64,000 bases of DNA from Calditrichota bacterium (lineage in GTDB: Bacteria > Electryoneota > AABM5-125-24 > Hatepunaeales > Hatepunaeaceae). The stretch spans positions 482 to 64,481 of the forward strand of contig JABGPL010000011.1 in the NCBI GenBank assembly GCA_018644935.1. Direction: 5' to 3'. The notes below the pieces were generated by a model. It worked only from the letters and a program-made list of their open reading frames with translations. It was not told the origin of the DNA and did not search any database. A program made the translations under genes and the position numbers. Of this stretch, positions 54,801 to 63,800 are shown one piece after another. Every line of letters begins with the position of its first letter. The stretch's first letter is position 1.

Positions 54801-57800
54801 TTTAGTGTTCCTCTTGTTGGTGTTGGCTATGCACCAGATGTCCATTTTGATTTTGTTACAACTGGCGATGACGCATCCATTTTGGTAAACTCTGCGCTGC
54901 TTGATGATGAATCACTCGTTCTATTTGATGAAATCGCAGTCTTCACACCAGCTGGATTATGTGCAGGTGCTGTGGTTATTGGTGCTGATGATATCAATTC
55001 ACCGTTCCCGGCAGGATTTTCTGCTTGGGGTGATGATCCACAAACGGAAGGAGTTGTGGAAGGTTTCAGTGCTGGTGAAGAAATGACCTTCAAGTATTGG
55101 GATGTATCTGCTGAAGCTGAATATGCTGCCACAATTTCAGAGGTGCTAGCAGGTGGGAATGTTTGGAATCCAGATGGCTTTAATGTCATCACACTGGGAG
55201 GCACTTCACGGGTACCTCATTTTGAATTTGTTACAACCGGTGATGACGCATCAATTTTGATAAACTCTGCTCTACTTGACAATGAATCACTCGAGCTATT
55301 TGATGAGATCGCAGTCTTCACACCGGGTGGACTATGTGCTGGTGCAGTGGTTATTGGTGCAGATGATATAGATTCACCATTCCCAGCAGGATTTTCTGCA
55401 TGGGGTGATGATTCCCAAACTGATGATGTAGTAGAGGGGTTTGTAGCTGGTGAGGAAATGTTATTCCGTTATTGGGATGTTTCTGCTGAACAGGAATATG
55501 ATGCCACTATTTCAGAGGTGCTTGCAGGTGGAAATGTTTGGAATCCAGATGGTTTTAATGTCCTTACACTTGGGGGTACTTCAGCTGAACCACATTTTGA
55601 TTTTGTTACGACCGGTGATGACGCTTCTGTTCTGATTAACTCCGCTCTTCTTGACGGTCAATCTCTTGAATTGTACGATGAAATCGGGGTATTTACACCA
55701 GCTGGAACTTGTGCTGGTGCCGTTATAGTTGGATCCGCAGATCCAGATGCACCATTCCCTGCAGGACTATCAGCATGGGGTGATGATTCCCAAACTGATG
55801 ATGTAGTAGAGGGATTTGTTGCAGGTGAGGAAATGTCTTTCCTCTATTGGGATACATCCGCTGAAATTGAAATTGAGGCTTCAATTAGTTCAATAGTATT
55901 CGGAGGCAGTGTTTGGAACACTGATGGATTCAATGTAATCACACTCGGAGCCTATACTGGTGATGCTCCTGCAATTTCAGTATCTGATGTTGAATTTGAT
56001 TTCGGTGAAGAAATCATTGGACACAGGGAGCTAAGGACATTAACTGTAACCAATATTGGCGCTCTTAATCTCGAAATTGAACCATTTGCTGATATTCCAG
56101 GATTTTTGATTTCTCCGTCAGCGGATATCGTAATAGAACCCGGCAATGTACTTGATATTTCAGTAGTATTCCAGCCACTTGAAGAGATAGCATACGACGC
56201 TGTTCTTCAATTAAATTCAAATGCAGAAAACTTACCACAAATAGATGTCAGCCTTGTCGGTGTTGGTATACCTGGTGTCTTAAGATGGGATTACATCGAA
56301 ACCGATATCAGTATGTCATTGGAAATTGAAAATGCTACCATAGATGACACACCGCTGGTCGAAGGTGACCAGATTGCCGCCTTTACTGTTGAAGGTTTAT
56401 GCGCAGGTGCCTCAGCTGTTCCAGCACAGTTCCCATTTACGATGGAAATCTGGCGTGATGACCCAACAACCAATGATGTTGATGGATTTGCTGAGGGTGA
56501 AGAAATAAGTTATCTGTACTGGGATGAAGAAGGTCAACGAGAGTGGACAGCATTAGCAACTTATGTTTCAGGTCCGGAAGTATTTGAATCTGATGGAGCT
56601 TCTGTAATACAATTAAACGCCTTCTCACGTGGAAACAGGTTCAGCTTTATACAAACTGAAACTACCCATTCTTTGATTGTCAATCAGGCACTGTTGGATG
56701 AAGCTTCCATCGAGGATGATGATGAAATTGGTGTTTTCACTCCTGGTGGAGTATGTGCTGGTGCAATCGCCTTTGGAGCAGCCTATGAAAATCCGGAATT
56801 CCCGTTAGGGATTGGAGTTTGGAATGATGATGCCGGTACAGATGAGGTTGAAGGGTTTGTTCAGGGTGAGGAGTTCTCATATCTGATCTGGGACTATTCT
56901 GCACAGGCTGATTATGAAGCCACAGCAGAATATATCGATGGATTGTCCGTCTGGACTCCGAATGGATTCTCCGTGTTAAATCTTAATGCGACTTCTATTG
57001 CTGATCAAACCATTGCATTGTCGAGTAGTGACTTTGACTTTGGTCCCGTGATTGTTGGAAACGAAAGCACCCAACAGATTACAATCACAAATGAAGGTGA
57101 CTTAGACCTTACAATTACCGAAGGTTCAATCAATCCTGAAGTCTTTACCGTGAGTTTCGAAGGACAACCCGGAGTACCTCAAACTGTACTGAGTGCAAAC
57201 GAAGAATTGATACTGGATCTCACATTTACCCCAGACGCAGGTGGAGATTTTGAAGGCACATTGGAAATCACAAGTGATGATCCTCTGAATGCTGTAGTCG
57301 TTGTCACATTAGTGGGTTCTGGTATTGAAGCCGGACCACCGGTAGTTGCACTTTCTACAGACCAAAATGATTTTGGGGATGTAATTGTTGGTCAGTTTGA
57401 AGAATGGACTCTCTCGATTCTTAATGAGGGTGGTGCAGATCTTGAGATATTAGATGTTACTTCTTCTGATGTTGCGTTTGACTTCTCAGGACCGACAGAG
57501 AATAATGTAGTTGCCGGATTCTCAACAGAATTGAAAGTTACTTTCCGACCAAGTGCTGAAGCAGGTTTCAATGGTGTTCTCGAAATCAGTACTAATGATG
57601 AGGAAACTCCAGTTGTTGAAGTACAACTTTCCGGTAATGGTGTGGTCACAGATGTCCAATGGCCATTTACAATGACCGCCAACAATATGTCGATTGTAGT
57701 CACCTCTGCCACGATCAATGGAGATGAATTAGACAACAATTATGAAATCGGCATACTCACGCCCGATGGTGTTTCGGCTGGTGCAGCAATTATTCCTGTC

Positions 57801-60800
57801 GCAAACCCATTCCCATTGAATGTTAATGCTATCGGTGATGATGGAGGAACTGGTGAGGTTGAAGGTTTTGTTGCTGACGAGACATTAAGTTATAGAGTTT
57901 GGGATGCGGCTGGCAGGATGGAGATTTCAGCCGTTCCAACTTACGGTGTTGGAGAGGGAGTTTATGCTGATGGTGGATATGCAGAAGTAGGATTAATGGT
58001 ACTCTTTGGTTTACAGGAAAATCAACACTTCCAGCATTTTGAAACCGACGTAAGTCACTCACTGGCAGTTGAATCTGCAATCCTTGATGGCTTACCTTTA
58101 TATGAATCTGACGAAATCGCGGTCTTTACTGAGGTCGGATTATGTGCTGGTGCAAGCGTTATTACTGAATTGGGGGCAGAAATCGGAATAGCTGCCTGGG
58201 GTGATGATGCTGCGACAGAAAATATAATCGAAGGATTCCAACAGGGTGAAGCATTTGAATACAGGTATTGGGATGCATTTGCCGAGATAGAAATTTCTGT
58301 TGACCCGACTTATATTCAGGGACCAGAGGTCTATACAGATAATGGGTTCACGATTCTTTCTCTGAACGTTGATCTTGATCGTCGGTCAAGTATTGTAGTC
58401 ATAGATGATCCTCATGACTTTGGTCAGGTTGAAGTGCTGCAATCAGCAGAATGGAGATTGAACATAACCAACGAAGGGGATGGAGATCTTCATCTCCAGA
58501 ATGCTACCATAGAAAATGATGCTTTCACAGCAGAATTTGATGATATTTGGTTGAACCCAGGTATAAGTACCGATTTGGTAGTTACTTTCAATCCTATTCT
58601 GATTGGTGATTACGCAGAGGTTATGACCATAATTTCAAGTGATGAAAACAACCCAGAGATCACAATAGATCTCACAGGTACTGCATTCTACACACCTCGA
58701 GCGAATATCGTTGTCAGTGAGGAGTCAATAGATTTTGGAGAAGTATTTGTTGAAGCGAGAGGCGAACAAACAGTTACCATTACCAACACAGGTGATGCGA
58801 ATCTCATAGTTGCTCGAATTAATACTGACAGTGATTTATTCACACTCGATGTATCAGTGCTTCCATTAGAATTTTATTGGGAATTCACTGAAACAGCTTT
58901 AACAATGGACTTAACAATTTCTGAAGTCCTCCACTTGGGGGATCCTCTAGGAGTTGGTAACTCTGTTGGAGTCTTTACACCTTATGGTCAGTGTGCTGGA
59001 TTTGGTACAGTTGCAGTAGACGAAGTGTTAGCCTTTACTGCCTATGGAGATGATCCAGAGACCGAAGGAATCGAAGGCTTCCGTGAAGGTGAAGAGCTGA
59101 ATTTCCGAATTTGGGATGACGCTGAAAGTAGAGAATATGTCGCTGATCCAACATACAATGAGGGAGCTGGAGTATTTGGTGATGGCACAGCATCTGATGT
59201 TGGCCTGAACTTAGAAGAATTTGAAGCGGTTATAGGTATTCAGAATCCTGTAATTCTGCTTCCCGGTCAGGTCATAGAGGTTGTAGCCGGCTTTGAGCCG
59301 GACGTAGAGGGAGATCATGCAGCGACTCTGATTATTGCATCAAATGATCTCGATGCAGCTGAAATCGAGCTGCCGCTTACCGGTGTTGGTGTATTGACAC
59401 CTCCTCAAATTAGTCTTACCGAGGATGCTCATGATTTCGGTGATGTCCTTGTAGATGAAGAACTGGTTTGGAATCTCGAACTAAACAACCTTGGTCAACA
59501 ACCATTATCAATTACTGACATCACAATCGAAGGTGAGTATTTCACACGAGTATTTGATGGCGTCTTTGAAATTCCACGGGCTGGTCAGGTAATTGTACCG
59601 GTCACATTTACACCACTCGATCAGGGTGACGTAGTTGGAACAATCGTTATTTTCTCGAATGATGAAAATCAACCTGAAGTAACAGTTTCATTAAACGGAC
59701 GAGGCACAATGCCTCTGCTCCGTGTAGATCCTGATGCCTTTGCATTTAACGATGTCATCCAGCTGGTGTCTGAGATGCAAGAGCTTACCATTTACAACGA
59801 TGGTAACATTACTCTCGATATTGAGAGCTTGACCACAACGAACGAAGTATTCTGGGTAGAGGTAGATATACCGGCAGAGTTCAACTGGGTATCTGTTGAA
59901 ACTGACAATAGCCTCGTGGCAACTATCGAATCTGCCGTGATTGACGGAAATTCACTCATAGCTGAGGACTACATAGGCGTGTTTACCACAGATGGAATTT
60001 GTGCCGGTTACGTCCAACCAGCTGAGTTCCCCGTCGAATTGACAGTATACGGTGATGATGGCCAGAATCAGGAAGTTCAGGGATTTGCAGCTGGTGAAGC
60101 TCTCGAGTTCCGCTACTGGGATGCAAGTGCAAGCTCAGAAAGTGTTGCATCAGCCGATTATTCCAATGGTGATGGTAACTATCAGGCAGGAGCCGCACAT
60201 ACACTTGCTCTGACATCATTCCAGGGATTTGCACCATTGCATGCTGATCAGATTCTCAGTATAGAAGCAGGTGGTAGCCATACCGTTGGTGTATACTTTG
60301 AACCTGTTGAGCAGATTGCCTACGATGAGACACTCACAATTGAGTCAAACAATCCTGTTGCCCATGGTGGTACTGAACTTGATATCCCACTTACCGGTAG
60401 CGGTTTGAATATCGATCCGATTGTCTTAAACCCAATTGATCAGGTCGTTGTAGATGAAGACCCGGGTGTTATTGTTATCGGTGATCTGGATGATGTATTC
60501 TCAGATGCTGATGGCGATGCCATGACATACACCTTCGCAGGTAACCCGGACGAACTAAACCTCGCTCTGGATGGAGACAATGTTCTTTCATTTGATCCCT
60601 CTCCTAATTATAATAACGCTGATGGTGTTGTTGTAACATTTACAGCAACAGATGATGATCAGGGATCTGTTGATCATGAAGTAACATTTATCATTAATCC
60701 AATCAATGACGCACCAGTTGTTGTTGCCCCAATTGATGATCTTGTTGAAGACGAAGATCCCGGTGATGTCATCATTGCCGATCTGGATGATGTCTTTAGC

Positions 60801-63800
60801 GAAATTGAAGATGAAGCTATGATCTTCTCGGTTGAGGGTGCTCCTGAAGAATTAGGTATGTACATCAATCAGGATAATGTTCTTGGCATAAATCCAGTTC
60901 TTGACTTTGTATCCCCTGATGCAATAATTATCACTGTATCAGCTGAAGATGAACAGGGTCTTATCGGAATAGATGAGTTTACAGTTACGATTAATCCCAT
61001 CAACGATGCACCTGTTGTCCTTAACGCCATTGATGATCAGACCGTTGATGAAGATCCTGAGCTGACAATTGTCGCGGATCTTGATGTCGTATTCTTTGAT
61101 GTTGATGGTGATGAATTGACCTTTGGATTTGTAGATGCACCGCAGGAAATTAATATGGCGATTGATCAGGATAATGTTCTCAGCTTCAACCCGAATGAGA
61201 ACTACAATCTTGAAGATGGTGTCACCATAACAGTATCAGCAGAAGATATTGATGGTGAAATTGCATCTGATCAGTTCATCTTAATTATTGTTCCGGTCAA
61301 TGATGCACCGTTTGTCGCAAACGAGATTGCAGAGATAAACATTGATGAAGATCATGGTAGATATGAAGTTGGTGATTTGAATGTGATATTCGATGATGTT
61401 GAAGGTCATGCAATGCGCTTTAGTTTTGCAGGAGCACCCGATGAATTGAATATGGAAATCGACATCATCACAAAGATTCTATTCTTCCATGCTGACGACA
61501 ATTTCAATCTTCCTGATGGTGTTGATATCACCATAACCGCGGATGACAGACACGAGGGAATTACAGACTATGTCTTCAGAGTTGTGATAAACAATGTCCC
61601 TGATGCTCCAATAGTTGTTCAACAACTATTTGACGTCCGGTTCAATGAAGATAACGGGATGGTCATATTCCCGGACATGGATGACATATTCTCTGACTCC
61701 GATAGTGAAGTATTAACCTACACTATCACTGAAGGCTTGGAAGAGTTTAACCTCCAGATTGATGAAGAGAATGTCCTTTCCATGAATCCGGATCAGGACT
61801 TCAATATCGATGAGGGTTCACAGGTTACAATAACTGCAACTGACGACACCGACCTCTCCGTCGCTGAAAGCTTCAATATAGCGTTAACTCCTGTTAATGA
61901 TCTACCTGTAGCCGGTGATATTGATGATATAGTTGTGGATGAAGATTCCGGATTTGTTGTAGTTGCCGATTTGGATGATGTGTTCTCAGACGTTGACGGT
62001 GATGCTCTGGCATATACAATCTCTGATGCACCGGCAGAAATCAATATGGTCGTTGACGGTGATGCAGTATTATCATTTGATCCGGACGCAGACTTTGTCA
62101 TTCCGAATGGAGTTGACATTACAATAACGGGTACTGATCCAGATGCAGAAACAGCAGAAATCACATTCAATCTCACAATAACGCCATTCAACGATGCGCC
62201 TGTTGTACAGGCTCCGTTTGAGGATGTATCAATTGATGAAGATGCCGGCCGAGTTGTCGTTGCTGACCTCGATGATGTGTTCTTAGATGTTGATGGAGAT
62301 GTTCTCACCTACACATTTGTGAGTGATATTGCGGAACTTAATGTTGACATTGATGATGATAATGTCCTGTTCTTCAATCCTGACGAAAACTTCAACCTTG
62401 CTGGTGGCACGGATATTACAGTTAGTGCTGAAGACGATGATGGTGAGATAGTTTCCGATGTTGTGAACATTATTGTTGTCCCTGTCAATGACCAACCCAC
62501 AATAATTACCGCAATTGAAGACATAACGCTTGCCGAAAACCCTGGTTTGGTAGAGATTGCCGATTTGGATGCTGTGTTCAATGACAATGACCTTGGAGAT
62601 GCTGATCCAGATGTTCTTACATTTACATTTGAAGGTGCTCCAGAAGAAATAAACATGGTCATAGATAATGACAATGTTCTATCGATTGAACCTAATGCTG
62701 ATTTCAATGTGGAAAACGGTGTTGAGATAACCATAGTTGCTACTGATGAGGCTGACGAATTTGCACAAGACATATTTGTGCTGATTATTACTCCTTCTCC
62801 TGCAGAAATATTTGTCTCGGACGATGCACATAACTTTAATTTAGTTTATGCAGGTGAGACTGCTGACTGGGAATTCCAGATATCAAATATTGGCACAGGT
62901 GTTTTGACGATTGATGCGATCGAGCTTACTACTGAGTATTATACTGTTGATTTTGATCAACCAGTAGACCTTCAACGCGACGAGAGTTTACCTGTTACGG
63001 TAACATTTGCTCCTGATGGTCTTGGATTCTTCCAGGATCAGATAACCATTTTTTCAAATGACAATGGTAATCCAGAAGTAGTTGTCAACCTGATTGGTGA
63101 AGGAAATCGTTCTATCATTCGAGTTGAACCTGATGAACACGACTTTGGAGATGTTCTGGCCGGTTCAAGTACAAGAAGAGAGCTTGAGATATTTAATGAC
63201 GGTAACGTTGACCTTGATATCTCTGATGTAACAGTCAGCGATGAGCAATTCCGATTTGAACTTGGTGCACTTCGTGAATTTGATTGGGAATTTATAGATA
63301 CCGGTATCAACATGAATGTTGTAGTTGGTAGCGCAGATTTAGATGGTGAAGCTTTGGTAGATGGTGACCACGTAGGTGCTTTCACCTCTGGTGGTATATG
63401 TGCCGGCTCCGTGCCAGTAGCAGAGGAGATGTTCCTGACCGTATGGGGTGACGATCCTGACGCTGGTGGGACTCAAGGTTTCAATGAAAATGAGGAAATT
63501 GAATTCCGGTATTGGGATGATAGTGCAAGGCGGGAAATCATCGCTGAACCTACATTTAATGGTGATGAAGGTACTTACCAGACCGGAGCTTTCATCGTGA
63601 TTACACTTGAAGCATTTACAAGGAATGTACCATTGGAATTGGACCCACATGTATTTGTTGCCCCAGGTGACAGTTACAGAGTATCCATTTTCTTTGAACC
63701 GACCTTGAGAGGTCAGTATGAAGAATCCATGACTATCTCGACAAATGACTTCGGTGTCCCTGAACAGACGGTAACTTTAATTGCCAATGTTCTTAATTCT

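Noticed and set aside
47795-55950. Diversity-generating retroelement template/variable repeat pair
   Set aside because: No reverse transcriptase in the window, and differences between copies do not look adenine-specific; they appear mostly synonymous.
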